From Chloroflexota bacterium (GTDB lineage: Bacteria; Chloroflexota; Limnocylindria; Limnocylindrales; CSP1-4): a stretch of 64,000 nt of DNA. The position numbers were made by a program, and so were the translations under genes. This document shows positions 9,852 to 18,793 of the stretch, in pieces. Location: the NCBI GenBank assembly GCA_016191425.1, contig JACPOR010000025.1, positions 14,633-78,632 on the forward strand. The letters are read 5' to 3'. The number at the start of each line of letters is the position of its first letter. Within the stretch, counting starts at the first letter, position 1. The notes under the pieces were generated by a model that ran no database searches, was not told where the DNA came from, and was given only the letters and a program-made list of their open reading frames with translations.

Positions 9852-10354
9852 AATCCGCCCCCAGCGCGATACGGAGCCTGAGCGTCGATGTCACCCACGA
9901 AGTCGGGTCGCCGCGGGTGGTGGAGGAGCTGCCGGATCGCCATGAGTTCCCCGGTGTGGAACCAGTAGTGGTACGTGACGCGAAGGACCGCGCTTCCCGT
10001 ATTCCGCGGGGGCAGCCCCGGCAGGCTGCCGCTCATCGTCTGCTCATCGAGCCGGTCCAGGTGGGGATCAGCGGCCGTCGTGATGGCCTTCCACGCCCCG
10101 AGCATCGCCCGAAGCGACGGCGTGGTGGCCGGTCCGCCGTTCGGAGCGATTTCGTTGACGCTCGGAACCGGCGTTGTGCCCGCAAGCCGGGTCAGCCAGT
10201 AGCGCTGTTCGTGCCAGGCCATGTGGGCAACGATCCATCCGATCGAATTCATCGGCTCGAGGCGACGGTAGCCGTCCGCCTCCGGAACTCCGCGGAGGCC
10301 ACGGCTGAACTCGGACCGGGCGAACCGGAGCTGCTCCACGAGCGGGTGGGTCAT
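9848..10354 (-). CDS. DinB family protein
   Basis: Four-helix-bundle His motifs IGWIVAHMAWHEQRYW and YHYWFHTGE. ATGA-type 4-nt overlap with the downstream gene. Confidence 0.75.
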   Translation of the reverse strand: MTHPLVEQLRFARSEFSRGLRGVPEADGYRRLEPMNSIGWIVAHMAWHEQRYWLTRLAGTTPVPSVNEIAPNGGPATTPSLRAMLGAWKAITTAADPHLDRLDEQTMSGSLPGLPPRNTGSAVLRVTYHYWFHTGELMAIRQLLHHPRRPDFVGDIDAQAPYRAGGGL

Positions 10355-10680
10355 GGGCTGGTCCTCATGGCGCTACGCCGGACATGACACGTGTCGATCC
10401 GGCCGACAGCGCGGGCGGTCGTGGGACAAGTATCGCCGAGGTCATGGCCCGGGGTTGAGCCGTCCATACGGAGCTGGCATGTGGGCCGCTGCTGGAGTGC
10501 GGGCCGCTGCGGGCAGCCGAGGGGGCAGCGTCCGGCCCTGGAGCCCCGGGCCCACTGACCGGGCCGAACGGCACCACGGCCGGGTGACGTTCGCACCTCG
10601 ACATCGAGCTCGACCGCGCGCACGGTGGGACAGTCGGTGTACCTGAACGCACCTGGGCGCCGATGGCATGAGGACGTCCT

Positions 10681-11199
10681 TTGACACGTATCCTGGTCGT
10701 CAACCACGACCTCGACCTCGGGGGCCAGGAGGTCGATTCGCTCCGCCGGCTCGGCTACGATGTCACGGAGTGCACCGGACCCACGCGAAACCGCTGCCCG
10801 ATCCTCGCTGGCATGCCCTGCGAGCTCGCCGAGGAAGCTGACGCCCTCGTCTATGACGCCTGGGCCAGCGGCGATGCCGAGGGCGCGCGACTCCTGATCC
10901 AGAACCTGCGCGACATCCATCCCGAGACGCCGATCGTCCTGACGACGCCTGGACTCGAGCTCGACTGGGAGGAGCAGTCCGGTCCCCATGCCGTGACGAT
11001 CCTCGCTGGCCAGCCGACCGGGGCACGGCTCGCCGAGGCCATCCAGGCCGCGATTGCCACATGTTCCGGAGCGACGGTCGCCCACCAGACTTCAGAGACG
11101 GCCCGGTCCGCCACGGGCGCCGATCTCGATGGGCAACGTCTCTTCGACAGCACCGCGCACGGCGGAGCCATGCTCATTGCACGGGTCGTCGCTCGGTGA
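10681..11199 (+). CDS. receiver-like (CheY-fold) domain protein with degenerate active site
   Basis: TTG start preceded by GAGGA at 6-nt spacing. The ILVVNHD...ALVYDAW...PIVLTT spacing resembles a response-regulator receiver, but the acidic pocket and Lys are not conserved. Confidence 0.45.
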   Translation: MTRILVVNHDLDLGGQEVDSLRRLGYDVTECTGPTRNRCPILAGMPCELAEEADALVYDAWASGDAEGARLLIQNLRDIHPETPIVLTTPGLELDWEEQSGPHAVTILAGQPTGARLAEAIQAAIATCSGATVAHQTSETARSATGADLDGQRLFDSTAHGGAMLIARVVAR

Positions 11200-11330
11200 G
11201 TAACCCGCGGAGTCTCGCGATCGCTGCCCGGGGAGCCATCCTCGTCGCCGTCACTCTGGGCGCGTTGACATCAGTCCCCCATGTGTCCCGCGCCATGGGA
11301 GTGTCGTCCCGAAAGGACCTGGCCACCTGA
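11196..11330 (+). CDS. candidate 44-aa small membrane protein
   Basis: GTG start overlaps the upstream stop as GTGA. One hydrophobic helix LAIAARGAILVAVTLGALTSV. No homology evidence. Confidence 0.2.
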   Translation: MSNPRSLAIAARGAILVAVTLGALTSVPHVSRAMGVSSRKDLAT

Positions 11331-11485
11331 GGGCCTCGCGACGAGCCGCCGGACCTCCCACATCCCGTTTCGTACCACAGCCAGGCGGCTGGCCGGTCGC
11401 CGCGCAAGCCGTGGCTGGGCTGCCCTCCTTGGCTGGGCTGCCCTCGCGAATAGCCGTGCATCGTTGACGTGGCGCGACGTGCTGG

Positions 11486-11558
11486 CGCCCCCGGACGGAT
11501 TCGAACCGCCGACGCCAGCCTTAGGACGGCTGCGCTCTATCCACTGAGCTACGGGGGC
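11486..11558 (-). tRNA. tRNA-Arg (anticodon CCT)
   Basis: The reverse complement GCCCCCGTAGCTCAGTGGATAGAGCGCAGCCGTCCTAAGGCTGGCGTCGGCGGTTCGAATCCGTCCGGGGGCG folds as a cloverleaf. The anticodon loop is GTCCTAA. CCA is encoded immediately 3-prime (11483-11485). Confidence 0.9.
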
Positions 11559-11640
11559 GTCGAGCCATCGTACCCGACCGCGGCGGTCGACCCGGGGGCT
11601 TGCCGGCCCGGGACCCTCGCGGGGTTGTAGCATCACGACC

Positions 11641-11970
11641 GTGACCGGTTCGATCCCCGACCTCGTGCTGTACACCAGTCCGGGCTGCGGGTTGTGCGGC
11701 GAAGCCCGAACGGCTGTCGAGATCCTGCTAGCCGACCGAATGGAGCGCGGGCTCGCTGTCCCCACAGTCATCGAGCGAAACATCGAGCAGGACGCTGACC
11801 TCCATCGGCAGCTGTTCGAGCGGATTCCCGTGATCGAGCTCGGCCCGGGACGCCTGGAGCTCGCCACCAGCATGGCTCGCCTTCGACGGTTGTTCGCCGA
11901 TGTTCTCGACTCGGGCGGAGCCACCCCCGCGACCGGTGGGGCCCCCTCGCTCCCGGGAAGAAGCGCCTGA
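11641..11970 (+). CDS. glutaredoxin-like protein (CxxC)
   Basis: LVLYTSPGCGLCGEA thioredoxin-fold motif. Sits immediately upstream of ccdA. Confidence 0.75.
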   Translation: MTGSIPDLVLYTSPGCGLCGEARTAVEILLADRMERGLAVPTVIERNIEQDADLHRQLFERIPVIELGPGRLELATSMARLRRLFADVLDSGGATPATGGAPSLPGRSA

Positions 11971-11974
11971 CCCC

Positions 11975-12796
11975 GTGGGCCCCGATCTCTCGATCGCCGT
12001 TGCCCTCGGGGCCGGTCTGCTCAGCTTCCTCTCACCCTGCGTGCTGCCACTGGTACCCGCCTACGTCGGCCAGCTCACCGCCGTGGCGATCGTCGGCCGA
12101 TCAGGAGCAACCGTGACCCGCTGGCTGGCCGTCCGCCATGCGCTTGCCTACGTGTCAGGCTTCGGGGCCGTCTTCTCGATCCTCGGCGTCACGGCGACGT
12201 ATCTTGCCGGGCCGCTCGTCACCTTCCTGCCAGTGCTCCGCCAGGTTGGTGGCGTCCTCCTCATCCTGCTCGGGCTCAACCTCGCCGGGATCCTGAGGAT
12301 CCCGGCTCTGGACCGAAGCTGGCGACCGCTCGACCTTGGCGCCGCCGGATCCCTGGCCACCGCGACGGGGACGACGGCGATCGCCAGTGTCGGGTTTGCC
12401 GAGCGCGGTCCGGGGCTCGGAGGTCGGCTCGGCGGCCGGCTCGTGAGCGCGCGTGGAGGCTGGCTCGCCTCCTTTGGCCTCGGGGCGATCTTCGCGATCG
12501 GCTGGACCCCCTGCATCGGGATCATCCTCGGCGGAATCCTGACGATGGCCGCGACGAGCGGGAGCGTCGGCCAGGGCCTGATCCTCCTCGTGGCGTACAC
12601 GGCCGGACTCGGCTTGCCGTTCATCCTCATCGCCGCTGCCTACGATCGAACGCCGGCCCTCATCCGGCCGCTGCTGCGCCACGGCCGTGCGGTGTCGGTC
12701 GTCGGCGGCCTGCTGGTGTCCATGATCGGCGTGGCCATGCTGATGAACTGGCTCGCACTGCTTTCCCGATTTGTCCCGTTCAACACATCGATCTGA
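11975..12796 (+). CDS. ccdA: cytochrome c biogenesis / thiol-disulfide transfer protein CcdA (DsbD family)
   Basis: LSFLSPCVLPLVPAY and GWTPCIGIILG motifs with 6 or more TM helices. The start is chosen at GTG 11975, just after the glutaredoxin-like gene stop. Confidence 0.85.
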   Translation: MGPDLSIAVALGAGLLSFLSPCVLPLVPAYVGQLTAVAIVGRSGATVTRWLAVRHALAYVSGFGAVFSILGVTATYLAGPLVTFLPVLRQVGGVLLILLGLNLAGILRIPALDRSWRPLDLGAAGSLATATGTTAIASVGFAERGPGLGGRLGGRLVSARGGWLASFGLGAIFAIGWTPCIGIILGGILTMAATSGSVGQGLILLVAYTAGLGLPFILIAAAYDRTPALIRPLLRHGRAVSVVGGLLVSMIGVAMLMNWLALLSRFVPFNTSI

Positions 12797-12847
12797 CCGG
12801 ACGCGAGCGTGCGGTCCGCCGCCGAACCCCCCTGCGCAGCAATCGAT

Positions 12848-13723
12848 TCAGGCGGGTTCGAACCGGTAGCGATCCCGGTCCGACACCAGGTGCCCGACCG
12901 GCCGGAGGAGCTCGTGGGACAGGGCCACGATCCACCCATCGGCAGCCGCGCGGGCGAAGAGACCCCCCTTCACTTCGACGGAATCGAGCGGGAAGTCGTC
13001 GAAGGACGTGATCCAGCGGGGGTTCGCGCTCCAGGGCCGCATGCAGAGGTCGCCGAAGAACGCCAGCGTTCGGGCCGTCGGTCCGGTGCCTCGAACGACG
13101 ATGGCCTGGTGGCCCATCGAGTGGCCACCCGTCGGGATCACCGAGACACCCGCCAGGATCTCCACCTCGCCATCGGCCCAGGCTCCTGCTCCCCATTCTC
13201 GGACGAGGCGGATCTCCGGCTGATCGTAGGACGCCACGATCCGGCTGTTGTCGTCGAGCGCGACTTCCCACTCCGCGCGCTGGGCGACGATCCGCGCCCG
13301 TGGGAAGGCCCGCGACCCATCCGTGCGCAGGAGCCCCCCGGCGTGATCGAAGTGGAGGTGGCTCATCGCCACGACATCGACGCTGCCGGGCTCGAAACCG
13401 GCAGCCTGAAGGGCGGGAACGATCGGCGTGCCCATGTAGCCACGCATGTCGCGGACCTTGTCGGTCACCCGTTCCCCGATGCCCGTCTCGATGAGGACGC
13501 GGCCGGCCGGCGTTTCCACGAGGAGGCAGTTGAGTGCCTGGAGCAGCCGGTGCTCGTGATCGATCTCCTCGCTGACCAAACGGTCCCAGAGGAGACGCGG
13601 AACCGGTCCGAACAGGGCCCCCGCGTCCGACCGGAAAGTCCCCGCCTGGATCAACGCCACGGTCGTCCCCTCACCGAGGTCAGCCGACCAGTGCACCGCG
13701 TCGTTGATGGCCACGGCCTTCAA
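12848..13723 (-). CDS. MBL-fold metallo-hydrolase
   Basis: HLHFDHAGG motif plus downstream His/Asp ligands. The start is taken as TTG 13723 (overlapping the dcd stop as TTGA) or GTG 13714. The ORF-track extension to 14041 would overlap dcd. Confidence 0.8.
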   Translation of the reverse strand: MKAVAINDAVHWSADLGEGTTVALIQAGTFRSDAGALFGPVPRLLWDRLVSEEIDHEHRLLQALNCLLVETPAGRVLIETGIGERVTDKVRDMRGYMGTPIVPALQAAGFEPGSVDVVAMSHLHFDHAGGLLRTDGSRAFPRARIVAQRAEWEVALDDNSRIVASYDQPEIRLVREWGAGAWADGEVEILAGVSVIPTGGHSMGHQAIVVRGTGPTARTLAFFGDLCMRPWSANPRWITSFDDFPLDSVEVKGGLFARAAADGWIVALSHELLRPVGHLVSDRDRYRFEPA

Positions 13724-14301
13724 CCCTTGCGAGGGGCGCCGAAATCGCGGTGGTAGGCCGAGGCGGTCGGTTCGGACTGCCCCTGGTACTTCGAGCCGAG
13801 CTCCGGACTGCCGTAGGGCCGATCCACCGGGCTCGACATCTTGAAGAAGCTGATCTGGCCGATCTTCATGCCGTGATACAGGGCGATCGGGAGGTTGGCC
13901 ACGTTCGACAGCTCCAGGGTCAGGTTGCCCTTCCAGCCCGGGTCGACGTAGCCCGCGGTGGAGTGAATCAGCAGGCCCAGCCGCCCGAGCGATGACTTGC
14001 CCTCCAGACGGGCAACCAGATCGCCCGGTAGCTCCACCCATTCGAGCGTCTGGCCGAGGACGAACTCGCCCGGGTGGAGGATGAACGGCTCGTCGTCGGC
14101 GATGTGCAGCAGCTCGGTCAGGTCCGGCTGGGCCTGGCGAACGTCGATGTAGGCATAGCGGTTGTTCCGGAAGACCCGGAAGCTCCGATCGAGGTGCAGG
14201 TCCACCGACGATGGCTGAATGTCGGCCGCATCGAACGGCCGGATTCCGATGGTGCCGCCATCGATCGCCGCCCGGATATCACGATCGGAAAGGACACTCA
14301 T
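13720..14301 (-). CDS. dcd: dCTP deaminase
   Basis: [13 protein letters not shown]..., [33 protein letters not shown] are canonical Dcd motifs. The ATG at 14301 overlaps the nrdR stop (ATGA). Confidence 0.9.
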   Translation of the reverse strand: MSVLSDRDIRAAIDGGTIGIRPFDAADIQPSSVDLHLDRSFRVFRNNRYAYIDVRQAQPDLTELLHIADDEPFILHPGEFVLGQTLEWVELPGDLVARLEGKSSLGRLGLLIHSTAGYVDPGWKGNLTLELSNVANLPIALYHGMKIGQISFFKMSSPVDRPYGSPELGSKYQGQSEPTASAYHRDFGAPRKG

Positions 14302-14774
14302 CGCGGTGCGGCCTTGGGGCTCCATTGCGCATAGAGGGTATCCACTTCCCGCTTGAGGTCCTCCAGGTCGTCGAAGCTCTGGTACACGCTCGCAAAGCGA
14401 ATGTAGGCGATCTGGTCCATCTCGCGCAGCTTGGCCATCGCCATCTGGCCCACCCGGGACGACGGGACCTCCGTCATGCCCTCCGCCCGCAGCGCCGCCT
14501 CGATGCTGTCGGCCGCCTGCTCGGCGGCCGTCGCCGGAACCGGTCGCCTCGTGAGTGCCTTGCGCAGCCCCGCCACGAGCTTGTCGCGGTCGAATTCCTG
14601 GCGAACGCCATCGCGCTTGACGATGACCAGCCGCGGCGCCTCGATGCGCTCGTAGGTCGTGAAGCGTAGGCTGCAAGCTCCGCATTCCCGCCGCCGACGG
14701 ATGGTGGCGGCGTCGTCCAGATCCCGCGAATCGACGACGCGCGTTTCACGCTCTCCGCACTGAGGGCAGCGCAT
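14298..14774 (-). CDS. nrdR: transcriptional repressor NrdR
   Basis: MRCPQCG...C..C..RFTTYE zinc ribbon followed by an ATP-cone. Confidence 0.95.
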   Translation of the reverse strand: MRCPQCGERETRVVDSRDLDDAATIRRRRECGACSLRFTTYERIEAPRLVIVKRDGVRQEFDRDKLVAGLRKALTRRPVPATAAEQAADSIEAALRAEGMTEVPSSRVGQMAMAKLREMDQIAYIRFASVYQSFDDLEDLKREVDTLYAQWSPKAAPR

Positions 14775-14790
14775 CCGACCTCCTTGCCAC

Positions 14791-14806
14791 CACTAGGGGT
14801 TGTGGT
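14791..14806 (-). promoter_or_regulatory. NrdR box 1 (CCACTAGGGGTTGTGG)
   Basis: 16-bp imperfect palindrome with conserved CCACTA/TTGTGG arms, lying in the 79-bp region upstream of nrdR. Confidence 0.6.
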
Positions 14807-14821
14807 GTCAGCCGAGCATAC

Positions 14822-14837
14822 CACTACATGGTGTGCT
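14822..14837 (-). promoter_or_regulatory. NrdR box 2 (CCACTACATGGTGTGC)
   Basis: Second 16-bp box 31 bp from box 1 (start to start), the spacing known for tandem NrdR operators. Matches about 11 of 16 positions of acaCwAtATaTwGtgt. Confidence 0.6.
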
Positions 14838-14853
14838 GCAGCCCCGGATTCCC

Positions 14854-15408
14854 TCAGCGCAGGAGGCGACCGACCCGACGTGCGGGAGAGGCGACCTCGG
14901 CCGCTCGCATGGCCGCTGCGGCATGCTCGGTGAAGGACTCGCGGGCATGGAGCAGGTTGAGGTAGCCGCGCTTGATCGCGGTATCCGCCTCCTGCCCACG
15001 GACCGCGCGCGGGCCATCGATCGCGAGCGCGCAACCGTGGTCGACCATCGCCAGGGCCCGCTCGACCCGCTCCAGCTCCTCGACCATCCGAGTCTGGTCA
15101 CGCAGCGTTGATGCTGGTCCCGAGAGAGCCCGCGCCTCGGCCGCGTAGCGTAGGGCGGCGTCCCGGCCAGCGGCCAGGCTCGGCCGGACCGACTCGACGT
15201 CCGCCTCGCGACGTCGGAGGAGATCGATGACCGCGGCCAGCTCACCGAGAGTCAGGTTGACGCGTCGCGAGAGATCGCCCGTGGAGCCGCGGAAACCTTC
15301 GGCGACTCGCGTCCTGTAGAGCGCGCCACCCGCCCGCCGCGTCACGAGCCCAACGAACACGGCAAGCAGGACGAAGCCCACGAGGGCCACTCCCTGTGCC
15401 GTCTCCAT
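14854..15408 (-). CDS. hypothetical membrane-anchored protein
   Basis: ATG at 15408 preceded by GGGGGAG. N-terminal TM helix VALVGFVLLAVFVGLV followed by a helical, Arg/Ala-rich domain. The longer ORF-track start would overlap etfA. Confidence 0.5.
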   Translation of the reverse strand: METAQGVALVGFVLLAVFVGLVTRRAGGALYRTRVAEGFRGSTGDLSRRVNLTLGELAAVIDLLRRREADVESVRPSLAAGRDAALRYAAEARALSGPASTLRDQTRMVEELERVERALAMVDHGCALAIDGPRAVRGQEADTAIKRGYLNLLHARESFTEHAAAAMRAAEVASPARRVGRLLR

Positions 15409-15439
15409 CTCGACTCCCCCTCGCGATTGAACGGACAGC

Positions 15440-16417
15440 CTATCCAGCGCGCGCGTCGAGGGCCGTGAGCAGCACCGGGACGACATCGAAGAGATCGCCG
15501 ACCACGAGGAGGTCGGCGAACTCCGCGATCGGCGCGTCTGGGTCGCGATTGATCGCGATGATCGTCTCGGCGGTCTGCATGCCGACCTTGTGCTGGATGG
15601 CCCCGGAGACGCCGAGGGCCAGGTAGAGCTGCGGCTTGACGATCTTGCCCGTCTGGCCGATCTGCTGGGCGTACGGGATCCACCCCGCGTCCACCGCCGC
15701 GCGCGTTGCTCCCACCACCCCACCGAGGCGCGACGCGAGCGAGGCGACAAGGTCAAATCCGGCCGCGCTGCCGACACCGCGCCCACCCGAGACGATGATC
15801 CGGGCCTCCTCGATCGGAGCCGCCGCACCGGCCTCGGCGACCTGCTCGACAACCGCGACCCGGGGCAGCGTCAACGGTTCTTGCGGGGCTGCGGCCACGA
15901 TCGAGCCGCGGGCCCCGGCGGGTTCTACGGCCACCGAATTCGGACGGATCGTGATGATCCCGCCCTTCGCCGTGAAGCTCGAGGTGGTGATGAGCTTGCC
16001 ACCGAAGACGCTCATCTCGACCATCGGGCCGCCGTCCGTCCATGACACGCCGGTCGCGTTCACCAGGAGGCCGAGACCCGTCATGGCTGACAGGGCCCCG
16101 GCGACGTCGCGGCCGTCGGGTCCTGCGCCGATGAGGACGACGTTCTCTGGATCAGGCCCGATGAGCGCGGCGGCCCGCTCCGCGGCGATCGACGCCCATG
16201 CGGCGCCACGCGTCGCAGGTTCGTTGACGGCGACCACCCTGGGGACGAACGCGGCCAGGTCCTCCGCCGCTGCCACCGGGTCGGCGGCCACGACGATGCC
16301 CGCGAGGTCGAGGCCGCCGGCCTGGGCCAGGCTGCGCCCAAGCGTGGCGGCCTCTGCGGAGATCCGGGCCAGCGAGCCGTCGGCGTCGAGTTCCGCGACG
16401 ACCCAGATCGTGGCCAT
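15440..16417 (-). CDS. etfA: electron transfer flavoprotein subunit alpha
   Basis: C-terminal FAD-binding block VGQTGKIVKPQLYLALGVSGAIQHKVGM. 1-nt overlap (TGATG) with etfB. Confidence 0.9.
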   Translation of the reverse strand: MATIWVVAELDADGSLARISAEAATLGRSLAQAGGLDLAGIVVAADPVAAAEDLAAFVPRVVAVNEPATRGAAWASIAAERAAALIGPDPENVVLIGAGPDGRDVAGALSAMTGLGLLVNATGVSWTDGGPMVEMSVFGGKLITTSSFTAKGGIITIRPNSVAVEPAGARGSIVAAAPQEPLTLPRVAVVEQVAEAGAAAPIEEARIIVSGGRGVGSAAGFDLVASLASRLGGVVGATRAAVDAGWIPYAQQIGQTGKIVKPQLYLALGVSGAIQHKVGMQTAETIIAINRDPDAPIAEFADLLVVGDLFDVVPVLLTALDARAG

Positions 16418-17205
16418 CAGATGATCCTCCGCGCTGCGAGCAGCTCCACGATGGCCGTGGCCCCCTCCTCCGCCGAACCGCGAACGACCGTCGTGGCTCC
16501 GCGTGACGGCGGCCGCCTCGTGCCGAGCACGCGTGTCGTCGTGTGCGCGCCGCCAGCGCCGGCCACGTCGGCGCCCAGGCTCTCCAGGGTCCGGGTGACA
16601 AGCTCCTTCGATCGGGCCGCCATGATGCCCTTCAGCGACGGGTAGCGCGGCTCGCCGAGGGCCTGGGTGCAGACGATCAACGCCGGCATGGGCGCTTCGA
16701 GCACGTCGTAGCCGATCGGCGTGATCCGCCGGACCGTGACCCGTCCGTTCGGGGGGTCAGGCTCGATCTTCGCCGCATTGCCCAGGTACGGGAGCCGGAG
16801 ACGGGCGGCGATGGCGGCCGGGACCACGCCACCGCCGCCGTCGGACGTGTCGACGCCGGCGAGCACCAGGTCATAGGTCAGACCGCCCAGGGCCGTCGCG
16901 AGGACGATCGCCGTCGTCGGCACGTCGGACCCGGCGAGCGCGGGTTCGGAGATGAGAAGCCCTCGCGTGGCGCCCATCGCCAGAGCCTTGCGCATGGTCT
17001 CGGCGCCGGCCGCGGGCGCCATGGTCAGGAGGGTGATCTCGCCGCCGAAGGCCTCGATCAGCTTGAGGGCCGCCTCCAGGGCGTACTCGTCGTTGCCGTT
17101 CACGACCGCGGGCGAGGCCGCCCGATCGAGCCGTTGATCCGCGTCGAGACGCTCAGCTGCCGCCGCCGGATCCGGCACGGGCTTTGTCATGACGACGATG
17201 TGCAC
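16417..17205 (-). CDS. etfB: electron transfer flavoprotein subunit beta
   Basis: MHIVVMTKPVPD..., NGNDEYALEAALKL, DLVLAG are typical EtfB/FixA motifs. Confidence 0.9.
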   Translation of the reverse strand: MHIVVMTKPVPDPAAAAERLDADQRLDRAASPAVVNGNDEYALEAALKLIEAFGGEITLLTMAPAAGAETMRKALAMGATRGLLISEPALAGSDVPTTAIVLATALGGLTYDLVLAGVDTSDGGGGVVPAAIAARLRLPYLGNAAKIEPDPPNGRVTVRRITPIGYDVLEAPMPALIVCTQALGEPRYPSLKGIMAARSKELVTRTLESLGADVAGAGGAHTTTRVLGTRRPPSRGATTVVRGSAEEGATAIVELLAARRII

Positions 17206-17243
17206 GGAACTCTTGGGCCTCCGGCTGCAGAGCGGCGGACTGG

Positions 17244-18422
17244 TCAGGATCCAGGTCGTCCGAGGAGCGCGCGGGCGACCACGAGCCGCTGCACCTGCTG
17301 GGTTCCCTCGTAGATCTGGGTGATCTTCGCGTCACGCATCATTCGCTCGACGGGGAACTCGTCGATGTAGCCGTAGCCACCAAGGACCTGGACTGCATCC
17401 GTCGTGACGCGCATTGCTGTGTCACCGGCTATGAGTTTACACATCGCCGACCACCGGGCGACCTCGGGCCCGCCGGCCTCGATCTCGAGGCAGGCTGTGT
17501 AGAGGAGCTGTCGGGCAGCCTCGACCTGCGAGTCCATGTCCGCGAGCATCGCGGCGACCATCTGGAAGTCGCCGATGCGCTGCCCGAACTGCCTCCGATT
17601 GCGGGCATAGGCAACGGCAGTGTCGAGCGCCCCCTGGGCAATGCCGATGGCCTGGGCGGCGACCCCGGGCCGGGAGCGATCCAGGGTCGCCATCGCGATG
17701 GAGAAGCCATCACCTTCGGCGCCGATCAGGTTGGCGGCCGGAACGCGAACTCCCTCGAAGGCGAGCTCGGCGGTCGGGCTGCCGCGAATGCCGAGCTTGT
17801 GCTCGAGGCGCTCGACGCGAAACCCCTCGGTCGGTACCTCGACCGCGAAGCAGGACAGCCGCCGATGCTTCGGACCATCTGGATCGGTGACCGCGAAGAC
17901 CGTGATGAGACCGGCCACACTGCCGTTGGTGATGAACCGTTTCGTGCCGTCGAGGACGTAGGTGTCGCCGTCCCGGACGGCGCGCGTCCGGAGAGCTCCG
18001 GCGTCCGAACCAGCCTCGGGCTCCGTCAGCCCGAAGGCCGCGAGGGCCGTTCCCGAGGCCAGACGGGGGAAGAACCGGGTCTGCTGCGCGGGCGTGCCGG
18101 CGAGCAGCAAGGGCAGCGAACCGAGCTCCTGGACAATGAGGATCAGGCTGCTCGTGGCACACGCCCGGGCGATCTCCTCGATCGCGATGCACACAGTCAG
18201 GAGATCGCCGCCGACGCCGCCGTGCTCCACCGGGAACGGCAGCCCCAGGATGTCCTGCTCCGCCAGCAACTGGCGGATGTCCTCGGGGAACGTCGCTGTC
18301 CGGTCGATCTCGGCCGCCCGAGGGGCAATGCGCTCCGTGGCCAGCTGGCGCACCGTGTCGCGCAGAAGCACCTGCTCCTCGGTCAGCCGATCAGCCGGAT
18401 TACGAGCGCTCACCGTGGCCAT
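17244..18422 (-). CDS. acyl-CoA dehydrogenase
   Basis: LTEPEAGSDAGAL, KRFITNG and QVLGGYGYIDEFPVERMMRDAKITQIYEGT motifs. The start is set at ATG 18422 (MATVSARNPADRLTEEQ). Confidence 0.9.
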   Translation of the reverse strand: MATVSARNPADRLTEEQVLLRDTVRQLATERIAPRAAEIDRTATFPEDIRQLLAEQDILGLPFPVEHGGVGGDLLTVCIAIEEIARACATSSLILIVQELGSLPLLLAGTPAQQTRFFPRLASGTALAAFGLTEPEAGSDAGALRTRAVRDGDTYVLDGTKRFITNGSVAGLITVFAVTDPDGPKHRRLSCFAVEVPTEGFRVERLEHKLGIRGSPTAELAFEGVRVPAANLIGAEGDGFSIAMATLDRSRPGVAAQAIGIAQGALDTAVAYARNRRQFGQRIGDFQMVAAMLADMDSQVEAARQLLYTACLEIEAGGPEVARWSAMCKLIAGDTAMRVTTDAVQVLGGYGYIDEFPVERMMRDAKITQIYEGTQQVQRLVVARALLGRPGS

Positions 18423-18528
18423 CGTACAGCCGAACCCGGTTCCGTTATCGCACCAGGCGAGGTACCCTGACGGTGTCGCACCTGTCCGCCACGGGGGCAC
18501 TGGATCGGTGCGCGTGGGGGGACGCCCG

Positions 18529-18735
18529 ATGGACCCAGCAATCCTGATCGCATTCGGCGTGGCCGCGGTCGTCGGCCTCGCAGCGTCGTGGAGCATCCTG
18601 CGCCGGCTCCGACGGCCCGGTGAGAACCCCTTCGCGGCGTCGACCGAGGGTGCCGTACGATGCCCGCATTGCGGCTTCGGGAACATGCTGACCGACCGCA
18701 CCTGCGCCAGCTGTGCCCGCCCCCTGTCCGGCTAG
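18529..18735 (+). CDS. small membrane protein with C-terminal zinc ribbon
   Basis: 68 aa with TM helix ILIAFGVAAVVGLAASWSIL followed by CPHCG...CASC. One of the few plus-strand genes here. Confidence 0.45.
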   Translation: MDPAILIAFGVAAVVGLAASWSILRRLRRPGENPFAASTEGAVRCPHCGFGNMLTDRTCASCARPLSG

Positions 18736-18793
18736 ATCAACCAATTCCGCGGCGCCGGGTCCCAAGGGCACGAGGTGTGCGCGGAACTCGTCC

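Noticed and set aside
10355-10680. The 326-bp divergent intergenic region between the DinB gene and the receiver-like gene as a regulatory RNA or mobile remnant
   Set aside because: It contains only short GC-rich direct repeats (gggccgctgc x2). I could see no conserved motif, hairpin array or ORF, which is consistent with ordinary divergent promoters.
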